A stretch of DNA of 64,000 bases from a virus (Duplodnaviria; Heunggongvirae; Uroviricota; Caudoviricetes). Position numbers and translations under genes: made by a program. The notes below the pieces were generated by a model, which did not search any database, was not told the DNA's origin, and was given only the letters and a program-made list of their open reading frames with translations. Location: positions 28,950-92,949 of IMG/VR virus record IMGVR_UViG_3300029582_000367; one strand, 5' to 3'. Within the stretch, counting starts at the first letter, position 1. Each line of letters opens with the position of its first letter. Below are positions 17,224-27,569 of this stretch, one piece after another.

Positions 17224-18708
17224 TCAGGCAGGGATAAAAACCATGCCAACATTCTTTGCGAGAAGCGCACACCTCTTTGTTAAAACCCTTGCTCCTTTCG
17301 TAGAATTGTAATAATTTGGTGTACCATTATTCCGTCCTGATGACCCCTTAAATACTCCAACAATCCCATCAAAATCCATCATCGCCCCCGGCATGATACG
17401 AGCCATGTCCTTGTACTGGGGTGAGTGAGGCCTTACGGTGAGCTGCGATACCGCAGCGTCGCCGTAAGCCTCGCGGAACTCCTCAAGACTATCGGACTTT
17501 TGCTCAATGGCCTTATGCCGGTTTGCTGCAACGACCTTGCCGTCCAGAAGGTACTTCCGGTCAACCATTTGGCGGATACAAGCCTGCCGGTCGTGCCGGC
17601 GGAGCTGCTTCAACTCAAAGGGTTCGACAGGTGCAGAGACCTTCGTATCTGCATCCAAAATGGAACAGGCGATACAGTAGGCATCCGTATAGTGTTCCTT
17701 CGGCACATTCTTGGCAATGCGGAAGCCCTTGGTGGACTTACCATCCGTGGCATAGACATCGTAGGGAGTCTCTCTTCCGAGGTATTCCATGAGGTGAGGG
17801 ATAATCTGGTTCAGCACGCTCAGGGCGTGGTACTTTTTATTCATACCGCCCTTGCGTGTGACCAGTTTTTCCGCCCACGCCTTGTCCTTGTGGACGAGGT
17901 CGTGATGCCTCGCACAGAGCCCACACCGGTTTGCCAGCGTCTCGCTCCCACCCTTATGGCGTGGGACGACATGGTGATAATGGTCAATGGGCTTCTTGCA
18001 GAACAGGCAATGTCCGTCCTGCTGTGCGTACACCGCATCCTTCACGGAGCCCAGCCCGTACAACGGTCCCTGCTGGTATTCCCATCGACGGATATTGGGA
18101 TTATCCATCGCCATGAAAGCAAAGCGGTTTAGCTCCACTACCACCTTTGTGATGGGTAGAACCTTTGCAATCTTCGCAATCAAGTTGATGTGGGTCTGCA
18201 GCAGATGGTTCGCCGTAGGTGTCAACCAACCCACAGGGCGGCTGCGGTTATTGAACCGCGCCTCCTTATTGCGGATGTAATGACACACAACGGGCTTCTC
18301 GTAGCCGGGGAGCAATCTCTCGATGGTGTTGCTTTCCACGGTAGTCCCAGCAGCTATCGCACGACGCTGGCGCTTCCTGCGCCGGTCCTGTGTGCGATGG
18401 TTTCTCCGAAACGCAGCACGCTTCTTCATCAAGAGAGGTACTTCCTTGTTGCGGGTCTCCAAATGTGCGGAGAACACGCAGGAGCCGTCCTCCTTGACGA
18501 CAGCAACGCCAATATTCGTCCTGCCGGGGTCAATGCCAAAAATCAGGTCTTGGGTGATGTCAGGGGTATCATAGTTCAACTGGATGGTAAACGGGGTGGT
18601 ACAAACAACTCGTGCTTTCTTTTCCTTCAGGAGAAGGCGCACATAGCAATATCGAGTTGTCGGCATCAAAGGTTTACCGTCTTTGTTTTGCACATAGACC
18701 ATTGTCAT
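17224..18708 (-). CDS. iscB: IscB OMEGA RNA-guided nuclease (PLMP domain + RuvC-I/II/III + HNH)
   Basis: N-terminal KPLMPT (PLMP), GIDPGRTNIGVAV (RuvC-I), HNH CLFCKKPIDHYHHVVPRHKGGSETLANRCGLCARHHDLVH, RuvC-III EHYTDAYCIA; 494 aa; GGAGATGAG RBS. Confidence 0.85.
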   Translation of the reverse strand: MTMVYVQNKDGKPLMPTTRYCYVRLLLKEKKARVVCTTPFTIQLNYDTPDITQDLIFGIDPGRTNIGVAVVKEDGSCVFSAHLETRNKEVPLLMKKRAAFRRNHRTQDRRRKRQRRAIAAGTTVESNTIERLLPGYEKPVVCHYIRNKEARFNNRSRPVGWLTPTANHLLQTHINLIAKIAKVLPITKVVVELNRFAFMAMDNPNIRRWEYQQGPLYGLGSVKDAVYAQQDGHCLFCKKPIDHYHHVVPRHKGGSETLANRCGLCARHHDLVHKDKAWAEKLVTRKGGMNKKYHALSVLNQIIPHLMEYLGRETPYDVYATDGKSTKGFRIAKNVPKEHYTDAYCIACSILDADTKVSAPVEPFELKQLRRHDRQACIRQMVDRKYLLDGKVVAANRHKAIEQKSDSLEEFREAYGDAAVSQLTVRPHSPQYKDMARIMPGAMMDFDGIVGVFKGSSGRNNGTPNYYNSTKGARVLTKRCALLAKNVGMVFIPA

Positions 18709-19025
18709 GTGCGCTCATCTCCTTTCAGTAGTGTCTCGCCTCCAGAGGAGGCGGTAGTGTCTCCCTTACCTCGGCGTATGCTTGGCAGAGCTGCGAGCTG
18801 GGAAAACCCGCAGGTGCGTCCGTTCCCTCTACCTGAGGTGCTTACATACGTCGGTGTGGCTGTGGCTATAAGACTTTTTGTGGGTTCTCCACATCAAATC
18901 TAAAATAGCCCAATGGCACATTGAACTTATGGTTACGGAACATATCACAACGGAGGGTGTTGCAGTCTTTTTTTGGCAAAAGAAATGGTCCAAATCTCAT
19001 CACGGCAAAAGCACCCGCGCCCTAT
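18709..19025 (-). ncRNA. predicted IscB omega-RNA (5' guide + scaffold) immediately upstream of iscB
   Basis: ~315-nt non-coding, hairpin-rich region between a copy of the shared promoter (19026-19062) and iscB start; established IscB locus architecture. Confidence 0.5.
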
Positions 19026-19062
19026 AGTTCTATACTACCACAGTTTGATATTTTGTCAAGTC
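19026..19062 (-). promoter_or_regulatory. promoter-only copy of the shared module (TTGACAAAATATCAAACTGTGGTAGTATAGAAc) driving omega-RNA/iscB
   Basis: 33/34 identity to promoter portion of modules M1-M6, lacks the leader/attenuator part. Confidence 0.6.
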
Positions 19063-19192
19063 AACACACGAACAAAAATCGAACAAATTTCCGCACGACG
19101 AGTGTTTTTGTTCGAGAATACCTTGCTTTTTGCCGATGCCTCAAATTTTGCGCAGCTTGACAAAATAATATGTCGATGTTATAGCAAAGCCG

Positions 19193-19720
19193 TCAAAGGT
19201 ATTTCGTCCCATCCTGCACAAAAAACCTGTCCACATGACCAATGAGTGCCGGCTTGGAAGAGCGCGTTCCATTCCCTACATAGACCACATATGCCTTCTC
19301 CCCGGCGCGGGCATCCTCCAATGTGCTGGGGCTGCCATAGACAGCATAGGGGATAGCATCAGCCCCATCCGTCCGCAGCGTAATGCGGAAACGGTCGTTT
19401 TCCAGCTCCTCCACTTCCGTGACAGTGAGCTTATCCACCTTGACACGCCCTCTCATAATCTCATGAAGCCTTGCGCCAGTTTTTACGATAGCACCAACGC
19501 AGAAAGGTGCAATGAAGGCGATGACAAGACCAACAGATACAACTCCGATGGTCTCCATGTGCATGGAGTCAAAAAGCTCCTTGCCTTTGCTGTACCAGTA
19601 CAGCAGGGAGAGACCGAGGATGCAGCCGAGAAGGGCTGCGATACTCAGTCCAAAGTGTAAGGGGAGCTTTTCGCGCTGTGCGAGGTATTTGCGGGTGATT
19701 TCGATTTTCTTCTCTTCCAT
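19193..19720 (-). CDS. membrane protein (2 TM helices)
   Basis: hydrophobic segments; ORF. Confidence 0.5.
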   Translation of the reverse strand: MEEKKIEITRKYLAQREKLPLHFGLSIAALLGCILGLSLLYWYSKGKELFDSMHMETIGVVSVGLVIAFIAPFCVGAIVKTGARLHEIMRGRVKVDKLTVTEVEELENDRFRITLRTDGADAIPYAVYGSPSTLEDARAGEKAYVVYVGNGTRSSKPALIGHVDRFFVQDGTKYL

Positions 19721-20044
19721 GTTTTCTATCTCTCCTCAAAGATGTGGACGTGTGTTGTGGGGATGGTTGTGCTTGGGAATTTAACTTGCCGGCAATTTGC
19801 TATGAACGGCTCTCGAAGCGCTCGTAGTGCTGTTTTGAGGGCGTATGCGGGCATTTTGCAGGGAAGTATGTTCGGCGTTTAATTTGCCGGTAACTTGCTT
19901 GAGACGGCATCCTGCGTCCAACACATGGCGCTTGCAGTGCGCTTTTTCTGTCTATCTTTTCAGGTGGGGCATCGTAGAGCTGTGCTTCGCCGCAGGCCGC
20001 CCCTCCGCCGCAAGCCCACTCCGTAAGGGGTGGGAGGAGTCAAA

Positions 20045-21238
20045 TCAATCATCATCTCCGTTGCCCCAAAAGGCGTTCGCATACAACGTGATGCAGCGAC
20101 AATACGGTTCTCCGGATGCTGTATACGCCATGAACTCGCCATGTGGCGCATCGGTAGAGAGCACCCATACCGGCTCTTTGGAGTCGCCCTTAAAACGTGG
20201 CCGATACTCAACGGTGATTTTAGGATAGAGTTCTACTGCGAGTTTCCACATCGGACATGATTTGCCCAACGAACATGATAAAGGTTCCATAGGACAGGCC
20301 GGAGCGCCCTCTGATGTGGGGATGAACCCAAGTGGTGTAAACAGATACTCCTTGATAACATCGGCCCCACATTCGTCAGCCTCGCTTTTTTGTGGAAGGT
20401 CTTTTTGGACTGAGGCATATCCGAATGCCTCAAAATCTCCGCAGAAGGTTGGCGTGTAAGCAAGAACAATTACGCGGTCTTTTCTCATTCTCTCCTTCAT
20501 GTACCGCAGTCTTTTCCTGTCCTCCAAACTTTTACCATCAAGTCTGTCGGCCCAATACAAAGGTGGAACGGGGTTGTACTCATTCGTCGTAAACGACAAC
20601 ACTGATGAACACGGCCTTATATTCTTGCTGGTGCTGTAAATAGATTCTGCGTTGAATACCGCACCTTTTCCAACGCGCCGTCCCTCAGCATTGAACACTT
20701 CGAACATCTCATGCTCAACATTGCATCTAAGCCAAGGGTCATCACGGAAATTCTCGAAGTCGCGCTTTGGCGAAAAGATAACGAAGCGTCCTTCTGAACT
20801 TGCAACCGCTCTGGCGTTTTGCCTTTGAGCTTTCTCTTCTTCTGACAACGGGATGGGTCTCGTATCTGGATTGACGAAGGTGTTTTCGCACAGGTTGAAG
20901 TCACACGCACTGCCGACGTACAGCCGACTAAACACGCCCCAGCACAATGCGACACATCCTCCATCTATCATGCGCTCACGCTCTCGACCTGATTTTTCCT
21001 TTTCAAAGAAAACGAAGTTTCTAAACAGAAGCGAACCCTTTGCCCGCCTTGCGCCTCCAGCTACAATGTCACCAGCATCGGTATCAGAACTGTAAACGTA
21101 AACGATATTATCTCTATTGGCGCGGTCACTTACATCTCCCTCAATATCGAGCAGTTCTTTTGGCGGGCATTTCGAAAGCATTGATGCCCACCTGCTACGG
21201 AGTTCAGATAATTTATTTGCCTGCTCTTCTTTTTCCAT
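20045..21238 (-). CDS. hypothetical protein (~398 aa)
   Basis: start at MEKEEQ with AAGGAGAATC RBS. Confidence 0.5.
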   Translation of the reverse strand: MEKEEQANKLSELRSRWASMLSKCPPKELLDIEGDVSDRANRDNIVYVYSSDTDAGDIVAGGARRAKGSLLFRNFVFFEKEKSGRERERMIDGGCVALCWGVFSRLYVGSACDFNLCENTFVNPDTRPIPLSEEEKAQRQNARAVASSEGRFVIFSPKRDFENFRDDPWLRCNVEHEMFEVFNAEGRRVGKGAVFNAESIYSTSKNIRPCSSVLSFTTNEYNPVPPLYWADRLDGKSLEDRKRLRYMKERMRKDRVIVLAYTPTFCGDFEAFGYASVQKDLPQKSEADECGADVIKEYLFTPLGFIPTSEGAPACPMEPLSCSLGKSCPMWKLAVELYPKITVEYRPRFKGDSKEPVWVLSTDAPHGEFMAYTASGEPYCRCITLYANAFWGNGDDD

Positions 21239-21582
21239 ATGAGATTCTCCTTGTTGAAAAGATTTGCTTTGGGTAAAGGAAGCGTGTGGCTTGGGCTGTC
21301 GTGCAGGGGTGCTGGCTGAAGGAGCAGGTATCTCAGGTAGAGGACGAGGCTCCGCTGCGAAGCGATGCCTGCCACTCCTACCTGAAATCCGTCTCAGGGC
21401 CCGCAGGCGCGTCCTGAAGGCTGTCGGCCATGATGGGACATACCCCACACATCTCAAGCCCCGTGAGCAAGCTCACAGGAGGCACGGATGAAGGGGGAAT
21501 CGCATCCCGTTGCAAGTCAGAAACCGTATATAGCAGTAAACTTCAACGCTGGCATCCAACCCACAGCAGAAGAAAAGACTAC

Positions 21583-22793
21583 TTACAGGTGCCAGCCATT
21601 TTCTCCGTGACCTGCAGCCTCCTTAGCTTCGTCCCACTGCTGGCGGGTATAGACAGCAAAGCACAGGTCAGCATCCACGGGGACATGGACTTCGACAGTC
21701 TCAACACGAACGCCGTCGTCATCAGGAATTTCTTTGACGTACTCTTCGGGGGTAAACACGATGAATAACACATCGCCCTTCTTCTTGAACAAGTCGGGCA
21801 GGAACAACTCACGCTCATCGCAAATGTCATTCAGCATAGAGAGGAAACCGGCAGACCGCTTTTCAGAGACGGGGAAGAGGGGACTGTTGGTGTCCTCAGT
21901 ATCAAAGACCTTAATGTGTGTACCATCATCTTCGTCTCTCAAGACAATTTGCTTATTCCCATTGCTGTCCTTTTCGATACACAGCGTGCAGGGAATGGCG
22001 ATGGAATCCATAGCATCGGCGGGGTCGAACGGATTGTACTCGTTTTCGGCGCCGTCTTCCTCCTCATCATCGTAGTCGTCGCCGATAACCTCATCCAGCA
22101 GAAAACCCAGCATCGCCTCAAGGTCATAGAAAGTTCCGTCGTCATCTTCACAGATGGTCTCGCTCATGGGGATGCCGCCTATATTTTCGTAGTCGAAGAT
22201 GCGACGTGCCTCCAAATCCTCGGAGTCGGCCATGTAGACCACATGATAGAAGTCGTCGTCCATGGTGTCAGGCTTCTCTGCTTCCTGCAGCAGCACACCG
22301 ACGGGGACACAGAGCCAACGGTAAAGACGGTCGAGACCGTAGATGACCAGCGCCTCATCCACCTCATAGGTGATGGAGTCCTTGTCCTCTTTGAAGACAT
22401 GACCGGAGACGATGCGGTAGGGAACATAGTTGCCACCGTCCAGAGACATGAACGGTTCCATGGACTCCCTTGAGATGATGTTGTCAGCGACATCCATGAT
22501 GGAGAAGAACTGGCGCTGTCTATCCTGTGCTTTCTGCGGCAGCTCGAACTTCAGCACGTTGCCGGTCTGCTTCTTCTGCCGGGGCTCATGGACTTCGGGC
22601 AGATGAAACGCTACACGGCGTTCACAGGTATCCTTACCGATATCTTCCAGCCACAGGTAAACCTGTGTCATGAACGCACTGTTATAGGCCAAAGGCCTCG
22701 CGCAGAGCGTATTGATGATTTTATCGTCACCGGTCACATCCGGCATTGTAACGTGCTTGATTTCGGAATTGTTCAGTCCTTTTCTCGTCATGT
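21583..22793 (-). CDS. hypothetical acidic protein (~403 aa)
   Basis: start at MTRKGLNN with AAGGTGA RBS. Confidence 0.5.
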
Positions 22794-22869
22794 TTATCAC
22801 CTTGATATTCCTCTCTGGTAATCTATCGCCGACTATCTCGGCATTCACCCTCAATGCGAGCTCATAGGC

Positions 22870-23178
22870 TCACAAATATAGCTTCAAAAATGCATCGTAG
22901 CGGAAGATGATTTGCGTATCATCTTGCCAACATACACGTCCTTCAATTTCCAAGAACTCGTCTCCATTGTCCGGCGTAAAGAACGCTGGACAAATATCAC
23001 GCATGGCAATAGCCTCACGTAGATAGTTTGAGATGTCCTTGGCTTCCTTGTCCGTCATCGTGTTGATGATGACGATGCGATTGGTTGCTTTTTCGCGGAG
23101 GCAGTAGAGCTTGCGGCCACTCACATTCTGCTCTTCTATGTAGCAATGGGGATTTGCGAATATGAACTGTTCGTCCAC
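22870..23178 (-). CDS. hypothetical protein
   Basis: ORF. Confidence 0.45.
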   Translation of the reverse strand: MDEQFIFANPHCYIEEQNVSGRKLYCLREKATNRIVIINTMTDKEAKDISNYLREAIAMRDICPAFFTPDNGDEFLEIEGRVCWQDDTQIIFRYDAFLKLYL

Positions 23179-23225
23179 GGCTCTGCCACCTCCGTTCTAT
23201 GACTTATTTTAACGTCTTTCCACCC

Positions 23226-23633
23226 TTACTCGGCGTCAGCGTTCTCCTTGGCTGACTTGGCCTTGTTCTGCCGACGGGGAGCGCGTGTCTCAGCCTTGGG
23301 CGCTTCTTCCGCAGGCTCGGCATCCGCAGGCGTATCAGCGTCAGCGGGATGTGCGACGTCACCTTCGGCTGCATCCGCTTCGCAGACTTCGCCGGACTCA
23401 GGTGCAGGTGCAGGCTCCTCGCTCACGGACGTCTCTGCCTCCGGCTCCGGCGCTGCATTCTGCTCGGCGGAATCCACAGGTGCGTCGTCTTCGTCCTTGC
23501 CGGTATCGGGGTCGGGGTCCCAGCGGTCGGCCACCACGGTCACGTCGATTTTGGGAGCGACAGCAGACAGCAGCAGCTTTCCGGCGAGGCAGGCGGCGCC
23601 AGCCACCAGTGCGATTTTGAAAATTTTCTTCAT
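23226..23633 (-). CDS. secreted/lipo-protein with signal peptide and acidic A/E/P-rich region
   Basis: MKKIFKIALVAGAACLAG signal peptide. Confidence 0.5.
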   Translation of the reverse strand: MKKIFKIALVAGAACLAGKLLLSAVAPKIDVTVVADRWDPDPDTGKDEDDAPVDSAEQNAAPEPEAETSVSEEPAPAPESGEVCEADAAEGDVAHPADADTPADAEPAEEAPKAETRAPRRQNKAKSAKENADAE

Positions 23634-23681
23634 AGGGGTATCCTCCTGTTAAAATTATTGAGAATCGGCGATGCCGAGTTC

Positions 23682-24194
23682 TTACTGTCTCAGATTTGCG
23701 AGCTGTTCCATGTCCTCATAGGCTCGCGGGATTTTGACGGAGCTGATGATTTCACTGAAGACCATCTTCTCATCGAAGCTGACGACAGCTCTTCGGATAT
23801 CACCTTCGATGATGAGATAACGTCTGGTCATCCTTGTACTTGTGAGCTTGCGGACTTCGTAGATGTTGTACTCCTCAGAACGACCGGCAGCCGTATACTC
23901 AGCCTGTACCACGCGGTCAAAGCAGATGCGACCATCACGCTCCTTCAGTTCGCTCCAGCGGAGCAGCCGGCTGTATCCAACTTTCACGCTGGTGACAATA
24001 GGGAATCCCACAAACGAAATGCATAGCAGCCACACCACAAATGTTGGGACTGTGATATGTAGGTCAGTCATGGCGCCCAGCGCCACAGCAATACACATCA
24101 GGACGAAGCCGATGAGGAATATGTACTGCAGGACTGTGAAAGGGAAGGCCCAGTGATTATCAAAGACCTTGCGGTCAAAATCATAGTCTCTCAT
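23682..24194 (-). CDS. membrane protein with bacterial PH-like (YdbT/bPH_2-like) domain
   Basis: two N-terminal TM helices followed by ~90-aa soluble domain; weak family assignment. Confidence 0.4.
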   Translation of the reverse strand: MRDYDFDRKVFDNHWAFPFTVLQYIFLIGFVLMCIAVALGAMTDLHITVPTFVVWLLCISFVGFPIVTSVKVGYSRLLRWSELKERDGRICFDRVVQAEYTAAGRSEEYNIYEVRKLTSTRMTRRYLIIEGDIRRAVVSFDEKMVFSEIISSVKIPRAYEDMEQLANLRQ

Positions 24195-24493
24195 GTCACA
24201 CCATCCTTTGGCTGGATACCGAACTCTTCTTTCAGGATGCGGTCCAGCTCCTTGGTTCCGACGGCTGACATATACTGATGCGGCGTACGCACGGTAGAGA
24301 CCTTGATAGCGCTCTCGTTGATGCGCCGAAGCAAACGTCCATAGAGGTCGTCGGCCTGATGCTCAAAAACTCGGACTTCACTCTTGCCGAGCCACTTCTG
24401 CCATTTGCCACATTCGGCGCAGTACAGGCCGGTCTGTGTACCATTTGCTTTCGTGAAGAATTTTGTGCTGCCGCACTTGCAAACCATATCCAT
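24191..24493 (-). CDS. zinc-ribbon protein
   Basis: CKCG...CAECG. Confidence 0.5.
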   Translation of the reverse strand: MDMVCKCGSTKFFTKANGTQTGLYCAECGKWQKWLGKSEVRVFEHQADDLYGRLLRRINESAIKVSTVRTPHQYMSAVGTKELDRILKEEFGIQPKDGVT

Positions 24494-24860
24494 ATTGAGA
24501 AGCCCTCACTTTCTGAATTGAGATTTGTTTTCCACGCGATGTGGAGACAGGGATTGTCGAAGAATGTCGTGAGTTGATGGAGAATTGCACCTCAGTTTCA
24601 TACGCCTTAATTTGCTACCAGCGTTGCAGTCCAAGCGTTGCAGCCATTGCTCATCAGCAGAGATGCTCACCATCGACATCGTCTTCGTTCCGGCTCGCAC
24701 ATCCGAGATGGAGTATTGCGTTTTTTCCCAGCGCAGAAAGGCAGAGAACCGAAGCCACTGTGGAGAATCGAACCACCAGAGCCACGGCCACGCAGGATGC
24801 ATCAGGTTTCCAAACCGACCATCCAGCCGCGAGCCTGTCCTCATCCCGTGCCTGAAGACA

Positions 24861-25682
24861 TCACTTAGTAGGAGGGACGATAGACCGCGTAGCCTTTCCA
24901 CCCTCTACACAAGCTGTAGAGGAGAGACGGTACAGCGCCAAGTCTCCGTGTGTATATTCCCGTGCAATAGTCCCATCTTTCAGTAACAGTACAGACCCAG
25001 ACATAACGCCGTCTCCATATGCCTTTCCAATACGCATCAGTTCAGTTGCGTCTTCGAAAGTTTCCTCGCTCTTTGTCACCAGAATGAGATGAGACTTGGA
25101 ACATTCGGGACTGAACATCGTGAACCTCAGAAAGTCTCCGTTTCCGATGTTCACCTTTCCACGACAGTAGATGAAGTTCCATGACTCGTTCACGTCAGCG
25201 GGATTGACAATGCTGATATCTGCGCCTCCCTCTGCGTGCGCCAGATAGTACGGATGTGATGGATTACGCTTCCGCATCGACTCAGGAATGATTTCCTCGA
25301 CAGAATACTTCCTGCACAGAGCCGCGATGAATTCAGCATTCACAGATTTCTGCTGTTGTTCATTCAGCAACTCACGTACTTTGGTCGTTCTCTCTACATA
25401 AGCCCAGTAGTCGATGTCCTCACTCAGCTTTTTGATGTAAGGTTCCCAGTCCAGTCTTGGACTTACTCGGCTCATCCGGAGAAAACGAGAGAGCGCGGTC
25501 GGTTCAATACCAAGGGTTTTGGTAATGGCAAGGCGACTCTGGACAATGGGTATGGGATGTTCCTGAACCTCTTGGAATATATCTTGCTCGACCTTTTCAA
25601 CAAAGCCGGCGTTCCTCTTCTTTGGCCGATTTCCCACCGCTTCTGGATTTTCGGCATCAAGACCGATGGTGCTTCTGGACAT
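24861..25682 (-). CDS. hypothetical protein
   Basis: ORF. Confidence 0.5.
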   Translation of the reverse strand: MSRSTIGLDAENPEAVGNRPKKRNAGFVEKVEQDIFQEVQEHPIPIVQSRLAITKTLGIEPTALSRFLRMSRVSPRLDWEPYIKKLSEDIDYWAYVERTTKVRELLNEQQQKSVNAEFIAALCRKYSVEEIIPESMRKRNPSHPYYLAHAEGGADISIVNPADVNESWNFIYCRGKVNIGNGDFLRFTMFSPECSKSHLILVTKSEETFEDATELMRIGKAYGDGVMSGSVLLLKDGTIAREYTHGDLALYRLSSTACVEGGKATRSIVPPTK

Positions 25683-25773
25683 ACTTTCTCGTTCATTTTA
25701 GCGTGTGTCGCTATTCTCTGTACTGTCAGTTTTGTCTACGAGTCCGGCGATTTTTTCAAGGAGGCGATTAGAT

Positions 25774-26481
25774 TTGTGTGAGTCAACAAATGATACACGT
25801 AAGTCAGAAAACGTGCAGTGGGGCGAGCGCATGGCGACCTATGTAGGTCTTATGAGGTGGAACGGCTACTCTGTTCAGGAGATTGCCGAAAATCTCAACA
25901 TCTCTCGCCAGCAGGTGTATCTGCACCTGCAGAAAATTCCCTTTCCCAACGAGAAGGCAAGGCGGTATCCCCGTCCTGTTCTGGATGAGGAGCAGGTACG
26001 TGCTGTCATCAGTTACTTTGCCACCAACAAAGATTCATCTGTCACCGCTGCTGCGGAGACAACTGGAATTTCCCTGTCCGATGTTACGATGCTCTGCAAC
26101 AACATTCGTGGCGCTCACTCATGGTATTTCAGCGAAGGATATCCCCTCATTGCGGATTATCTGAACAAGGAGGGAGTCACGCTGGATTATCTGGAGCAGC
26201 TTGCAGGCGTGCAGGGCCTTGCTCAGTATTTGTTCTCCACATACCCCTATAAGGAGATGCCCCAGTCCCGTGCAAAGGCAGTTGCGGCGGTTATCGACGT
26301 TCCTGTGGAGAAGATGATGGCGGTTGCGTTTGCATCCTGCAACATGGCAAATGGAATGGCTACTCCTGAGGAAATGGCCTTGGTCGTTGGCTCCGTGACT
26401 GGTCGTGAAGCGAATACCCGTCTGTTCTATCGCGGACGCCGTATCGCACCCTCGCGGTCTCGTATTGGAGGTGATGCATAA
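25774..26481 (+). CDS. putative HTH DNA-binding protein (sigma-70 region-4-like YSVQEIAENLNISRQQVYLHLQKI); start uncertain (TTG 25774 after AAGGAGG, or ATG 25831)
   Basis: HTH-like segment; plus-strand block. Confidence 0.45.
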   Translation: MCESTNDTRKSENVQWGERMATYVGLMRWNGYSVQEIAENLNISRQQVYLHLQKIPFPNEKARRYPRPVLDEEQVRAVISYFATNKDSSVTAAAETTGISLSDVTMLCNNIRGAHSWYFSEGYPLIADYLNKEGVTLDYLEQLAGVQGLAQYLFSTYPYKEMPQSRAKAVAAVIDVPVEKMMAVAFASCNMANGMATPEEMALVVGSVTGREANTRLFYRGRRIAPSRSRIGGDA

Positions 26482-27017
26482 TGTCCGACAAAAACTCCGT
26501 GTGCAATTATGACGAGCACCTCGACGAAGAACGGCCTTATCCCGCAGCTCTGCAGCAGATGACGACCAAAGGCCTGTTGATGGCTGGAGCTATTGTAGTC
26601 ATTCTGATTGCGACCCTCATCCTTCAGAAAACGCATTTTACATCCATGATTCCTTTTGCCTGCGCCATTCTCCTGCTGGCCGCATATGTGGTCTACACCG
26701 CACTGCACCTGCGGACAGAATGGGAAAACGGCGACATCATCTGCCATGTGGCTACGTGCCGTTCTGTGCGGTCGCGGAATTGGCCGCGTGACAGCAAGGA
26801 AGTCATCTTTGTAACTGGGGAGGACGAGGAACAGGAAGCTCATGTGTTCAATCTTCCTGACCGGAAAAACAAAGACCTGTTTCCCGGCTTCAAGTATACC
26901 ATCTACGTCCGTGCCAAAGATACCACACGACTTCTGGCCTATCAGGAGATTTACGTCCCTGCGGATGCTAAGGATACTGAGGAAGTCAAAGCGGAACTGA
27001 ACTCTCGTGACAACTGA
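26481..27017 (+). CDS. membrane protein (2 TM)
   Basis: GGAGGTG RBS; hydrophobic helices. Confidence 0.5.
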   Translation: MSDKNSVCNYDEHLDEERPYPAALQQMTTKGLLMAGAIVVILIATLILQKTHFTSMIPFACAILLLAAYVVYTALHLRTEWENGDIICHVATCRSVRSRNWPRDSKEVIFVTGEDEEQEAHVFNLPDRKNKDLFPGFKYTIYVRAKDTTRLLAYQEIYVPADAKDTEEVKAELNSRDN

Positions 27018-27018
27018 A

Positions 27019-27052
27019 CAGCCGGCCCCGAAAAGGGCCGGCCTTTTTCTGG
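27019..27052. terminator. bidirectional terminator CCGGCCCCGAAAAGGGCCGGCCTTTTT between convergent genes
   Basis: GC-rich hairpin + T-run. Confidence 0.65.
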
Positions 27053-27097
27053 CATATAAAAGAGCCCCCGCCGAGAGGCGAGGGCTTTGGGTTTTGC

Positions 27098-27550
27098 TTA
27101 ATACAGTGCGTAGGGGTTGTTGTTTTCGGGAGTCTCTGCAGGCTCCTCGGCTTTCAGCACTTCCTCGGCGGGCTCACCGTCAGAGGTGTCGTCTGCATCA
27201 GCCTCGGCAACCTCGGCAGCATCCTCGACGGGCTCTGCTGCGGGAGTGCCGATGCCCCAGTTGAGGATGGCTTCATCCTCGTCAGAAAGGGCGATACGCT
27301 GCTTTTCGGCGGTGTCACGAATTTTCTTGACCATCTTATCGCGGTAAGCCTTAATAGCGCCCTGAATACGGGTGGTAGCCTGTTCATCAACGACGATTGC
27401 GGGCTTCTTGCGGCTTTTTGCGGACACTGTAAAGGCGTTATCCTTCGCGGCAATATCCAGCATAGTGTTGATGTCGGAGACAGCTTTCAGACCGTCCATG
27501 ACCTGCTGAAGTGCCTGCTGCTGCTTGGAATCACTGATAATAGCGGGCAT
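27098..27550 (-). CDS. hypothetical protein (acidic C-terminus)
   Basis: AAAGGAGAACAAAT RBS before ATG 27550. Confidence 0.5.
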   Translation of the reverse strand: MPAIISDSKQQQALQQVMDGLKAVSDINTMLDIAAKDNAFTVSAKSRKKPAIVVDEQATTRIQGAIKAYRDKMVKKIRDTAEKQRIALSDEDEAILNWGIGTPAAEPVEDAAEVAEADADDTSDGEPAEEVLKAEEPAETPENNNPYALY

Positions 27551-27569
27551 ATTTGTTCTCCTTTCTTTT

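Noticed and set aside
17224-18708. Calling the 494-aa protein a Cas9 or a plain HNH endonuclease
   Set aside because: Too short for Cas9 and lacks REC/PI domains. PLMP plus split RuvC plus HNH fits IscB specifically.
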